A stretch of 64,000 nt of DNA from an uncultured bacterium. GTDB lineage: Bacteria; Acidobacteriota; HRBIN11; JAKEFK01. The position numbers and the translations under genes are program-made. The stretch covers positions 448,001 through 512,000 of the forward strand of contig CAVZQN010000003.1 of NCBI GenBank assembly GCA_963777505.1, in the 5' to 3' direction. The notes under the pieces are model-generated. The model had not been told where the DNA came from and searched no databases. It saw only the letters and a program-made list of their open reading frames with translations. Below are positions 1 through 10,003 of the stretch, one piece after another (within the stretch, counting starts at the first letter, position 1; the number at the start of each line of letters is the position of its first letter).

Positions 1-209
1 ATGCCTAGTTGCAGCAGTGCATCATCAGCAAGCTGACTTTGTGGAAATGATTTAACGATGAAATTCAGATCATCCAGAGCTTGTTGATACTTCTCGCTTT
101 GTATGAAAAACAAAGCGCTTTCATAATGGCCTTTGGCAGGATCATCTGCTGTAAGAAGAATGGATGCGGAACTAAGAAGTAGGACTAGGGCGAAGACAAC
201 TGCTTTCAT
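1..209 (-). CDS. Secreted TPR-repeat protein (BamD/CpoB-like helices), truncated by the window edge
   Basis: Hand translation from ATG at 209: MKAVVFALVLLLSSASILLTADDPAKGHYESALFFIQSEKYQQALDDLNFIVKSFPQSQLADDALLQLG. Signal peptide followed by a TPR-like 'FPQSQLADDALLQLG'. Not in the ORF track because it is open-ended. Confidence 0.7.
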   Translation of the reverse strand, partial: MKAVVFALVLLLSSASILLTADDPAKGHYESALFFIQSEKYQQALDDLNFIVKSFPQSQLADDALLQLG

Positions 210-215
210 GCAGCG

Positions 216-2328
216 CTATTCAGGCACCCCGAAGATTTTTCCATTTTGTCCAGCGGAAACGGAGACGTTCTTATTGAGTCGCTCTCCGGTTTTCCAATTG
301 AATTGTATCACATGGTTTCCTGCTTGAACGGGAAGATCCCGGATCGGGGTTTCATCAACGAATTCGCCATCAATCGAAACTCGGCATGCGCTTGGCTGTG
401 CTGTAACTGTTAGGGAACCCATAGCCGGTTCAGCAATCGTTGCCGTTTCACCTGAAACGATTTCTACTTTTCGGGTCGTACGGATAAATGCACCTTTACG
501 AGCACGGATCGTCAAATTGTATGTGCCCGCCGGTAGTTCAATTGGATTGCCTTTAAGGGCTTTTCCTGCATTCAAAATTGTTACAGGATAACGGCCTGTA
601 TATCGAAGAAATCCGATCGCAGAAGCTTCTGGACACCATCGCGATTTTTAATGCAGGATCTGTATTCCGGTCAATGGTGCGCTTTTCTTCTGTGTGTCCT
701 GCAAGACGAAAAACGAGTTCATGCACCTTTTCATCGCTCAGATTAATCGTGGTAGGTGCAACCCCGGCGGGCTTTCCATCCAGAATAACTTCAGCGCCGG
801 GCGGAGTCGTTTCCAAACTAATTGCATACGCCGTAACTGCAGGTGTGGAGGTTCCTGTATCAGGTTCCAGTTTTACATTGACTGCACCAGGCCATGCTTC
901 GGTAGAAAGAGCTCGAGTTTTTTCCTTATAGCCTTTCAGCTTAAAGGTTAGAGTCATATCGCGTTTTTCTTGCAGGGTAACCGGTGTCGTTCCCATTGGT
1001 TTACCATCTACAAGAAGCTCCGCGCCTGGAGGGTTGCTTGTCACTGCAAGGTTCACCGTTGCGGTATTTGTTGTATCTTCCGTATTTCGAAAACTGGCAG
1101 TTAAAATCAAACCACCGATAAATAAAACAGCGAGGATTGCTCCGAGAATGTAAAATTTTTTCTCCTGCCAGGAGCTCGTTGGACGCATCAAAACTTGTTG
1201 AGCGGTCTCAGAATAATTTGCACCAATGCCGGTCCGTGGAACGGGATCCGGTTCAGCCTGAGGCTTTCCAAAAGACGGAAAGGTTGGTGAACGTAAATCC
1301 ATGCCTACAGTTGGAGGAACTTGAGGTTTGCTGACAATTGTATTTTGACTTGCTGGAGTTGGCTGTGTGTCCTGAGCCAAAGCTTCTTCCAATTCTTCAG
1401 CGGAAATATTTCGGGTTCTGCCTTCTTCATACGAAATCGCTTTGGGTGTCAGCTTAGGCTGAAATTTCATCGTCTTCAGGTAGAACAAAAATTCTTCCAG
1501 ATCTTGAGCCATTTCTTTCGCGCTCGGATAACGCAATTCGCGATTTTTTTCCATTGCGCGCATGATGATCTGATTTAATTCGGTACTGAATTCTTCAGGT
1601 AAATTACCAACAGGACTCGGCCGGATATTCAAGATTCTGTACATGATATCGACGGCCCCACCACCCGAAAATGGATTTGAATGAGTAAATAACTCGTATG
1701 CAATAACGCCTGTTGAGAACATATCCGTACGGATGTCGAGAGGTTCACCAGAAATCTGTTCCGGCGACATGTATTGCAACGTTCCGATGATGTAGCCGCT
1801 TTTGGTTAATTGCGACGTTCCCATCCGCGCAATTCCGAAATCCATAATCTTCACACTTTCTTCATCTTGCAATCGGATGTTGGCAGGTTTTATGTCGCGA
1901 TGAATGATTCCTTTTTGATGAGCCGCGTGAAGTCCTTTACAAATTTGAAGAAGAATGTCCACTCTGCGTTCAATAGAGAGTTCTTTCCTTGACTTGATAA
2001 TCTCTTCAAGGTCCTTTCCTACAATGAACTCCATTGCAATGTAAGGACGGCTTTCGAATTGTCCGAGATCGTAAATTGTTACGATGTTTGGGTGACGCAA
2101 TCCGCCTGCAAGACGTGCTTCACGTTCAAATCGTGAAACGAGTTCAGGTTCATCCAAATCGAGAGAGGATAAAACTTTAATCGCAACATCTCTTTTTACA
2201 ATTGGATCGTAGGCGTGATACACCACACCCATTGCACCTTTTCCAATGACGGAAATAATTTGATACTTGTCGATTCTTGCCGGAATTGGTTGCGATGTCA
2301 TAAATGCCGAGAAAGGGTGTGACCCCAA
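216..2328 (-). CDS. Hanks-type Ser/Thr protein kinase with TM helix and extracytoplasmic PEGA domains; split by a +1 frameshift near 633
   Basis: Kinase motifs GKGAMG, VAIK, HRDIKPAN, DFG, YMSPE. TM FYILGAILAVLFIGGLIL. PEGA repeats (SNPPGAELLVDGKPMGTTP). Removing one base in ATGGTG-T-CCAGAA gives MVPEASAIGFLRYTGRYPVTILNAGK, joining ORF 216..575. The true start may be the ATG at 2301. Confidence 0.85.
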
Positions 2329-2428
2329 TACCCCCGGTAGTGCTAAATTTTAGCATGTCAGCTATTGTGGGAGCAAGAAAAACTATTGTTCACAGGAACT
2401 TAGGGGACTTAGGTACGTGACTAATTCA

Positions 2429-2486
2429 GTAGGGGCGACCCTTGTGGTCGCCCTTGTATCCGGGCGGGCACAAGGCCCGCCCCTAC
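2429..2486. repeat. GTAG-type REP-like inverted doublet
   Basis: GTAGGGGCGACCCTTGTGGTCGCCC-ttgtatcc-GGGCGGGCACAAGGCCCGCCCCTAC: two hairpins with GTAG/CTAC ends in a divergent intergenic region. Confidence 0.85.
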
Positions 2487-2513
2487 CATTCATCCTGTAT
2501 AATTACGGCACTA

Positions 2514-4280
2514 ATGAAAAAAGCCATTGTCATTGTTTTACTAGTAGCGCTTGCTTCAGCTGGCGTTTTCTTCGGGTTTTTCAGACATCTCCTTTCAAAG
2601 TCTTATGCCGAAAGGATCTTTCCGCAGGAGACAATCCTTTATCTTTCCATCGATAACATTGAGAGAGCCCGCAAAAACATTCACAGTACAGATCTTTGGA
2701 AGCATTTGGACAAATCTCCTCGAAAAGCGAAATATAAGGAATTATTTGAACGGGGATTCAGTTCATTTGAAAGCGCAAGTGGTTTTGATATCCGGCCGAT
2801 TTTGGATCAATTGACGGGTGAAGTTGCGGTCGCAATTTTCCCATTGCCGGAAGGGAAGGGCTCTGCTGGTTTTGTCGCAACACTAAAAGATTCAGGCGAC
2901 TTCCGGCGCTTTCTTGAAGAAAAAATCGATCCCGCTTTAAAGCGCCGCTTTCCTGACATAAAAAAGAGTCAGGATTCATCCGATGGCGTATCGTACTACA
3001 GATATAGTAGCCCCAATTTCCCTCAAGAGGCATCTCCATCATATTTCGTATCAGGAAAACACTTTGTGTTCAGTATGAATGAAAGCGGGATACGCAGAAT
3101 GATCGCAATCGAGCACAAACAATTCCCCGCGTTAAATCAAAGCGAAGCGTATCGGAAAGCGTTGAAGGAAGCGAATTATGAAAGAGGCGCTTTATTGTTC
3201 TTAAATGTTCCGGCCGGATTGACATTACTTGAAAAATCGATTCCTCCGATGGCGCGTAAGTATTGGCCCGGACTGTTGAAAGTAAGCGGCATCCAGGCTG
3301 TAAAAGGATTGATTTACACAAGTCGTGTCGAAAATTCTGGATTCCAGGAATCGGGATTCGTAGAAGTCGATCGCAACCGCACCGGTCTTCTCAAGATTTA
3401 TATGGATCAGAAGCCACGTAAACTGGAGAGCATTGCATATTTACCCGCTTCAATGAAAATGGTATCCAGCGCCAGCCTTCCTGATTTCGCACTCATGTGG
3501 GATGAACTCAATGCGCAGCTTGAAAAGATACTTGATGCGGAACAATATGAAAAATGGAAGCAGGGAATGGCTCTTTTGCGTGGATTAATGAATTTCGATT
3601 TAAGACGCGACCTGATGGAACCAGTCGGTGAAGAGTTTGCATTTTCATATGAGCCAGGCAAAGCAAGAAAACCTCTGGATCTCAATTATTTGATTGTTAT
3701 AAAACTTCGAAATCCTGATGCATTCAAAACGACTGTCGCGCGAATGGTAAGTCTTGCTTCGGCACGGGGCATGGTAAAGCGTGAATTAACGTATCGCGGA
3801 AGAACGATGCAAATATTATCGTTGAATATGCCGGATTATACATTGACGCCTTCGTTTGCTTTTGAAGACAAATGGTTCATTTTTGCAAGCCGTGATTCCG
3901 TCCTGCAGAAAGCCTTTGATGCAAAAGACAATTCCGATGGAATTCAATCAACCGCGGATTTCAAGAAATGCACATCCGGTTTTCCGAACGAAGTTCATGC
4001 TTTGTCATATACAAATGTTTCAGAATATTTGAAGGCTCAATCAGAAATGTTACGAATGAGTTCAGATGAAGAACATCTAAAATGGATTAAGGAATATTCA
4101 ATCGATCAGGAACTGATGGAGCTCAGCAAAGTGCTTTCCGGAAATGCCACATACAGCAAAATTGAAAAAACCGGCATCCGCTTTAAAGGCAATTCTTCTA
4201 TTCCATCCATATTCCTGGGATTTACAGGTTTGCTTGAATATCTTCCGGAAGCGATTGAACGATACACTGATAGAGATTAG
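2514..4280 (+). CDS. Membrane-anchored DUF3352-like protein
   Basis: N-terminal hydrophobic anchor MKKAIVIVLLVALASAGVFFGFF and an internally duplicated architecture (LTGEVAVAIF ... VGEEFAFSY). The upstream extension of the ORF call is the REP element. Confidence 0.6.
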   Translation: MKKAIVIVLLVALASAGVFFGFFRHLLSKSYAERIFPQETILYLSIDNIERARKNIHSTDLWKHLDKSPRKAKYKELFERGFSSFESASGFDIRPILDQLTGEVAVAIFPLPEGKGSAGFVATLKDSGDFRRFLEEKIDPALKRRFPDIKKSQDSSDGVSYYRYSSPNFPQEASPSYFVSGKHFVFSMNESGIRRMIAIEHKQFPALNQSEAYRKALKEANYERGALLFLNVPAGLTLLEKSIPPMARKYWPGLLKVSGIQAVKGLIYTSRVENSGFQESGFVEVDRNRTGLLKIYMDQKPRKLESIAYLPASMKMVSSASLPDFALMWDELNAQLEKILDAEQYEKWKQGMALLRGLMNFDLRRDLMEPVGEEFAFSYEPGKARKPLDLNYLIVIKLRNPDAFKTTVARMVSLASARGMVKRELTYRGRTMQILSLNMPDYTLTPSFAFEDKWFIFASRDSVLQKAFDAKDNSDGIQSTADFKKCTSGFPNEVHALSYTNVSEYLKAQSEMLRMSSDEEHLKWIKEYSIDQELMELSKVLSGNATYSKIEKTGIRFKGNSSIPSIFLGFTGLLEYLPEAIERYTDRD

Positions 4281-4370
4281 CAACGCCAGCTGGCGGACAG
4301 AGCCCCCAAAAGTCAGCCCACAAAATCTCCAAATAGTTTATAATTAATTCGAGTACCGGAGGGCTCGGAG

Positions 4371-6458
4371 ATGGTTGAGAGCGCTTCTGCTGATGGCAAA
4401 AAACTTTTAACTTCTATAAATGAACGTGTAGATGCTGAAAAGTTTCGAAAGTTACACTGGGAAGGTACTTTCGATGAATATCTTGCGATGGTCTCACGTT
4501 CTCCTCGCGTCGCCCGCACTTCCTTTCAACGTATGTACGACATGATCATGTCGCACGGTTACGAAGAATTTTATGATGGAAAGGAAAAGCTGATCAAATA
4601 TAACTTCTTTTCCAATTCGTCATTTTCAAGAGGCGATGCAATTTACGGTCTTGAACGTTCTTTAATGAATCTTGTGCAAGTGTTCCGTTCTGCTGCACAA
4701 CGCTATGGGCCTGAGCGGCGTGTGTTATTGCTGCATGGACCTGTTGGCAGTTCGAAGAGCACAATCGTACGCTTACTGAAGCGAGGAACGGAAGAATACT
4801 CACGCACTGATGACGGCGCAGTCTATTCTTTTGGCTGGGTTGTTTCGGAAGGTGAAGTGCGGAATGTCCGGCCAGATGTCCGATGGTGTCCGATGAATGA
4901 AGAACCATTACACGTGATTCCAATTGAATTGCGTCAAGACTTCATTGGGGGCATTAATCAACAACGTTCTTCTTCTGAAGAATCTTTATATATTGAAGGC
5001 GATCTTTGTCCCGCTTGCCGCTTTACGTTTAAAGAAATGATGCGCAAGTATCAAGGGGATTGGCAAAAAGTAATACAGCACGTTCAGGTTCGCCGAATCC
5101 TGTTGTCCGAAAAAGATCGAATGGGCATTGGAACATTTCAGCCCAAAGATGAAAAGAACCAGGATTCTACGGAATTAACGGGCGATATTAACTATCGAAA
5201 GATTGCCGAATATGGATCTGATTCCGATCCGCGCGCATTTAATTTCGATGGTGAATTCAACGTTGCAAACCGCGGTTTGATCGAGTTTATCGAAGTTCTA
5301 AAACTGGATGTCGCTTTTCTTTATGATCTGCTAGGCGCATCGCAGGAACACAGCATTAAGCCGAAGAAGTTTGCTCAGACAGATATCGATGAAGTCATTA
5401 TCGGCCACACGAATGAACCGGAATATCGAAAGCTTCAAAACAATGAATATATGGAAGCTCTGCGCGACCGTACTGTCAAAATCGATATTCCTTATATCAC
5501 TCGCCTGGACGACGAAATCAAGATCTACAGGAAGGATTACAATCCGGATAAGATTCGCGGAAAACACATTGCACCTCATACTCTTGAAATGGCTGCAATG
5601 TGGGCCGTGTTGACGCGGTTGGAAGATCCAAAACATGCTCAGCTTACGATCATTCAGAAAATGAAACTCTATAACGGCAAGACACTTCCAGGATTTACTG
5701 CCGATAATATTAAAGAGTTAAAAAAGGAAGCGAAGCGTGAAGGAATGTTCGGAATTTCTCCGCGTTATATTCAAGACAAAATTTCGAACGCTCTCGTAAG
5801 CGATGTGAATGAAACCTGCGTCAATCCATTTATGGTAATGAATGAGATTGAAAACGGATTAAAGCATCACAGTCTGATTACGAGTGAAGAACAACGCAAG
5901 CGCTATAAAGAGTTGTTGTCGATCGCTAAAGAGGAATATGAAGAGATTACGAAGAACGAAGTTCAACGTGCAATTTCTGTGGATGAAGAAGCAATCAAAC
6001 GGCTCTGCGCGAATTACATCGATAATGTAAAGGCGTATACACAAGGTGAACGTGTCAAAAACAAATACACAGGCATGGATGAAGAGCCTGATGAAAGATT
6101 GATGCGATCGATTGAGGAAAAAATCGATATTCCAGATAACAGGAAAGAGGATTTCAGACGCGAAATCATGAATTACATCGGTGCTCTCGCAGTGAGTGGA
6201 AAAATGTTCGATTACAAATCGAATGAACGATTGCATCGCGCACTGGAAATGAAACTCTTCGAAGATCAGAAGGATTCAATCAAGTTATCAAGCCTTGTAT
6301 CCAGTGTTGTCGATAAAGAGACACAGGAAAAAATTGATATCGTAAAATCCAGAATGATCAACAACTATGGATATTGCGATGTTTGTGCAACAGATGTGTT
6401 GAACTTTGTGGCAAGTATTTTTGCGAGAGGAGATGTAAAGAAAGAGGGGCGAAGGTAA
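4371..6458 (+). CDS. prkA: PrkA/YeaG-family AAA+ protein
   Basis: Walker [11 protein letters not shown], motif [32 protein letters not shown]; first gene of the yeaG-yeaH-spoVR triad. Confidence 0.93.
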   Translation: MVESASADGKKLLTSINERVDAEKFRKLHWEGTFDEYLAMVSRSPRVARTSFQRMYDMIMSHGYEEFYDGKEKLIKYNFFSNSSFSRGDAIYGLERSLMNLVQVFRSAAQRYGPERRVLLLHGPVGSSKSTIVRLLKRGTEEYSRTDDGAVYSFGWVVSEGEVRNVRPDVRWCPMNEEPLHVIPIELRQDFIGGINQQRSSSEESLYIEGDLCPACRFTFKEMMRKYQGDWQKVIQHVQVRRILLSEKDRMGIGTFQPKDEKNQDSTELTGDINYRKIAEYGSDSDPRAFNFDGEFNVANRGLIEFIEVLKLDVAFLYDLLGASQEHSIKPKKFAQTDIDEVIIGHTNEPEYRKLQNNEYMEALRDRTVKIDIPYITRLDDEIKIYRKDYNPDKIRGKHIAPHTLEMAAMWAVLTRLEDPKHAQLTIIQKMKLYNGKTLPGFTADNIKELKKEAKREGMFGISPRYIQDKISNALVSDVNETCVNPFMVMNEIENGLKHHSLITSEEQRKRYKELLSIAKEEYEEITKNEVQRAISVDEEAIKRLCANYIDNVKAYTQGERVKNKYTGMDEEPDERLMRSIEEKIDIPDNRKEDFRREIMNYIGALAVSGKMFDYKSNERLHRALEMKLFEDQKDSIKLSSLVSSVVDKETQEKIDIVKSRMINNYGYCDVCATDVLNFVASIFARGDVKKEGRR

Positions 6459-6459
6459 G

Positions 6460-7566
6460 TTGATTGCGAAAATTGAGCAGGACCATAGTCGGTTTAAGCA
6501 AATCGTACGCGGCAAAATAAAGCGCGAACTAAAAAAGTACATCACACAGGCTGAGCTGATCGGAAGAAAGGGGAAGAATATTGTTAGGATCCCAGTTCCC
6601 CGAATTGAGCTTCCACGATTCCGTTTTGATTCAAGACAACGCGGTGGTGTAGGTCAGGGTGATGGAGATGTTGGAACTGTCCTGGGTTCCGGCGATCCGC
6701 AGGATGGAAGTGGAAAAGCAGGTGATACTCCCGGCGAGCACGTTCTTGAAGTCGAAATAACTCTCGAAGAATTGGCCCAGATTCTTGGGGAAGAGCTCGA
6801 ACTGCCCAATATCGAACCTCGCGGAAAAAAATCAATTACCTCGGAAAAGGAAAAATATACGGGTATCAGCCGTGTAGGTCCTGAATCGTTACGGCACTTC
6901 AAACGTACCTACAAAGAAGCGCTGCGCCGTATGATTTCAGCAGGAACCTACGACAACGACAATCCGGTAATTGTCCCTATTCGTGAAGACCGCCGGTATC
7001 GTACCTGGAAAATTACATCCCTTCCCGAATCAAGCGCCGTAATCATTTATATGATGGACGTTTCTGGTTCGATGGGACCTGAGCAAAAGGAAATAGTACG
7101 ACTGGAATCTTTCTGGATCGATACATGGCTGCGATCACAATATGACAGAATCGAGATGCGTTACATCGTGCATGATGCAGCAGCAAAAGAAGTAGATCAG
7201 GAAACCTTCTTCCATCTTCGCGAAGGAGGTGGAACAAAGATTTCTTCCGCATTCAAGCTGTGCAATCAAATACTAAATGAACAATTTCATCCGGATGATT
7301 GGAATGTATACCTTTTCCATTTCTCTGATGGAGATAATTGGGACGGCGGTGATACCTCAGAATGTATCAGCATTTTAGAAAATGAACTTTTGCCGCGCGC
7401 CAATTTGTTTTGTTACGGACAGGTAAAGAGCGCATACGGAAGCGGCGACTTCTTATACGGAATTCAGGAATATTTTCCAAACGAAGCGAAGATTGTTACT
7501 TCAAAAATTAACAGCAAGGATGAAATCTACGATTCGATTAAGGCATTCCTTGGAAAAGGACGATGA
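6460..7566 (+). CDS. yeaH: YeaH/YhbH (DUF444) VWA-like protein
   Basis: Gly-rich [31 protein letters not shown]. Confidence 0.92.
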   Translation: MIAKIEQDHSRFKQIVRGKIKRELKKYITQAELIGRKGKNIVRIPVPRIELPRFRFDSRQRGGVGQGDGDVGTVLGSGDPQDGSGKAGDTPGEHVLEVEITLEELAQILGEELELPNIEPRGKKSITSEKEKYTGISRVGPESLRHFKRTYKEALRRMISAGTYDNDNPVIVPIREDRRYRTWKITSLPESSAVIIYMMDVSGSMGPEQKEIVRLESFWIDTWLRSQYDRIEMRYIVHDAAAKEVDQETFFHLREGGGTKISSAFKLCNQILNEQFHPDDWNVYLFHFSDGDNWDGGDTSECISILENELLPRANLFCYGQVKSAYGSGDFLYGIQEYFPNEAKIVTSKINSKDEIYDSIKAFLGKGR

Positions 7567-9047
7567 ATCTCAGCCCTGAACTCGCGCAAATCCGCGACGA
7601 AATTAAATCCTATGCTTTGGACTATGGATTGGATCCATTCGAAACAGTTTTCGAAATCCTCGATTTTGATCAGATCAATGAAGTAGCCAGCTACGGCGGC
7701 TTTCCAACCCGGTATCCTCATTGGTCCTTCGGAATGGAATACGAACATCTCAAAAAATCGTATGCATATGGTTTGCATAAAATTTATGAAATGGTCATCA
7801 ATACTGATCCATCGTATGCCTATCTGCTGGAAAACAACGCGATGGTGGATCAAAAGATCGTCATTGCTCATGTCTATGGCCACACAGATTTTTTCAAACA
7901 TAATTACTGGTTTTCTGCAACCAGCCGCAAAATGATGGATGGCATGGCGAATCATGGAACCATCATTCGCCGTTATGCCGAAAAATATGGCTATGATGTT
8001 GTCGAAAGTTTTCTGGATGTGGCACTTTCCATTGACGATCTAATCGATTTTCATTCATTGTTCATCAAAAGACATGCACCGCTTCGCAAGGTTCTTGAAG
8101 ATGAAGATGAGGAACCGCCGGAAATCAGACTGCGATCCAAACATTACATGGATGATTTTGTAAATCCACCGGCGTTTGTTGAAGAGCAGCTTAAGAAAAT
8201 ACAGGACGAAAAGAAAGAGCTCACAAAATTTCCACAACATCCAGAAAAAGATGTCCTGATGTTTTTGATTGATAATTCGCCTATTGAAAATTGGCAGAAG
8301 GTACTTCTATCAATCATCCGGGATGAAGCATATTACTTTGCTCCGCAGCGATTCTCCAAAATCATGAATGAGGGATGGGCGTCCTACTGGCATTCCACGA
8401 TCATGACTGAAAAATGTTTGAAAGATTCTGAATTGATTGATTACGCTGATCACCATTCAGGAACCCTCGCAACAAGTCCAGGGTCGCTCAATCCCTACAA
8501 GCTCGGAATTGAATTATGGAAGGACATTGAAGATCGCTGGAATAAAGGCAAGTTCGGCATGGATTATGAATACTGCGATGATATGGAAAAATTAAAGAAC
8601 TGGGATCTTGAGCTTGGATTAGGACGTCAAAAGATTTTCGAAGTACGTCGAGTCGCGAATGATATTACGTTTATCGATAACTATCTTACTAAGGAATTTT
8701 GCGTTAAACATAAATTATTCACATATAAATTCAATGATGTAACAGGGATGTACGAGATTTCTGATCGAGATTTCAACGCAATCAAACAGAAGCTATTGTA
8801 TCAACTAACAAATTTTGGCCAGCCGATTATTCATGTGGTTGATGGAAATTACAAGAATCGCGGAGAACTTCATTTAGTTCATAAACATGAAGGTATTGAT
8901 CTGGATATTAATTACGCCCGCGATACGATTGAGAACATTTTTCAAGTCTGGAAACGGACTGTCCATCTTGAAACAACTGTAGGTGATAAGGGTAAACTCT
9001 TCACTTTTGACGGAAAAGACCACATCGAACTCAATATCAATAATTAA
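7563..9047 (+). CDS. spoVR: SpoVR/YcgB-family protein
   Basis: [43 protein letters not shown]; ATGA overlap with yeaH. Confidence 0.93.
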   Translation: MNLSPELAQIRDEIKSYALDYGLDPFETVFEILDFDQINEVASYGGFPTRYPHWSFGMEYEHLKKSYAYGLHKIYEMVINTDPSYAYLLENNAMVDQKIVIAHVYGHTDFFKHNYWFSATSRKMMDGMANHGTIIRRYAEKYGYDVVESFLDVALSIDDLIDFHSLFIKRHAPLRKVLEDEDEEPPEIRLRSKHYMDDFVNPPAFVEEQLKKIQDEKKELTKFPQHPEKDVLMFLIDNSPIENWQKVLLSIIRDEAYYFAPQRFSKIMNEGWASYWHSTIMTEKCLKDSELIDYADHHSGTLATSPGSLNPYKLGIELWKDIEDRWNKGKFGMDYEYCDDMEKLKNWDLELGLGRQKIFEVRRVANDITFIDNYLTKEFCVKHKLFTYKFNDVTGMYEISDRDFNAIKQKLLYQLTNFGQPIIHVVDGNYKNRGELHLVHKHEGIDLDINYARDTIENIFQVWKRTVHLETTVGDKGKLFTFDGKDHIELNINN

Positions 9048-9164
9048 TTTCAGATTTCAGATGCTGGATTTCAGATTGAAATTGAAAGAATTGTAGATTT
9101 AGCGAAAGCTCTCAATCTGAAATCATAAATTTCAATCTGATATCTGAAATCTAAAATCTCAAAT
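9047..9164. repeat. Inverted arrays of heptamer repeats (ATTTCAG / CTGAAAT), STRR-like
   Basis: Left arm atttcag-atttcag-atgctgg-atttcag-attgaa; right arm aatctg-atatctg-aaatcta-aaatctc. Fills the gap between two convergent stop codons. Confidence 0.75.
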
Positions 9165-9958
9165 CACTCATTCGGGTCGTTGCCTTCCTGATCCCGTAGC
9201 CAACCAGGTGGCACTGCTTTATCTTTTGCTTCATTCATGAGGTCATTCAGGTCGGCGCGTTCTTGTTCCAATTGTGATTGTGCTGAATCAGCCATTTCGC
9301 AAACTTTTTCCCGCGTTTCAGTCATTTGTAATTCATTGCCTTCCTGATCTACAAGAATATGAGTTTGAACTGTAATTTGTTTGAGTTCTTCACATTCTTT
9401 GGCGAGCCGATAATAGCGATCTTCAGCTACTTTTACACGTTCGCGAGATTTTTCAGAAAGTGCTTGCCATTCCTTCTCACTTTCTAATGAAAAATCATCG
9501 TTTACAAGTTCCGGATCGGCCGGAGTTGTTTCCGCCCCTTCTGTGGGTTCTTCATACGCGTTTTCATTGAAGGTTCCCTCGCCAAGATCATATTTCTCGC
9601 GCAGTTTTTCCAAATCTTCTTCTGATAGCTTTTTTGCCGGTTTCCGAGGGGCGGGTTTTTCTTGAGCCTTTACCGGTGCAGCTTGTTCAGATTTCTCGCT
9701 TTGTGAAGAAACAACGGTTTTGGCAGGTGGATTTGTAGCTTGAGTCTTTTCAACATCAATATTCGTCTTCTTAATATTGATTCGTAAACCATCGGCATCC
9801 TGAAGTACGACTAATGAAGCGTCTTCGCTTACCACTGTGCCTTTGACTACTTTCCCGTTCTTTAAAACGACATCATATGCCTGACTTGCTGCTGCAAAAA
9901 ACAACAGCATCAGTATGCATACAAGATGTTGCCCTCTTATTTTCATGTTTATCCTCAC
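9164..9958 (-). CDS. Hypothetical secreted protein with low-complexity linker and C-terminal coiled coil
   Basis: Signal peptide (LLFFAAASQA), N-terminal 'VVLKNGKVVKGTVV' domain, C-terminal helices ending in 'VPPGWLR'. Confidence 0.7.
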   Translation of the reverse strand: MRINMKIRGQHLVCILMLLFFAAASQAYDVVLKNGKVVKGTVVSEDASLVVLQDADGLRINIKKTNIDVEKTQATNPPAKTVVSSQSEKSEQAAPVKAQEKPAPRKPAKKLSEEDLEKLREKYDLGEGTFNENAYEEPTEGAETTPADPELVNDDFSLESEKEWQALSEKSRERVKVAEDRYYRLAKECEELKQITVQTHILVDQEGNELQMTETREKVCEMADSAQSQLEQERADLNDLMNEAKDKAVPPGWLRDQEGNDPNE

Positions 9959-10003
9959 TGAAATGATCTTGACAGAAAAGCGGCAGAAAAGGCAAATAGA
10001 GCC

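Noticed and set aside
2417-2656. ORF 2417..2656 and the N-terminal extension of the 2442 ORF
   Set aside because: These are translations of the REP doublet (VGATLVVAL...RAQGPPL); the credible start is ATG 2514 with a membrane anchor.
4284-4370. CGCCAGCTGGCG palindrome and GAGCCC/GGGCTC pairing near the prkA RBS
   Set aside because: Too short to distinguish from chance, with no second copy in the window.
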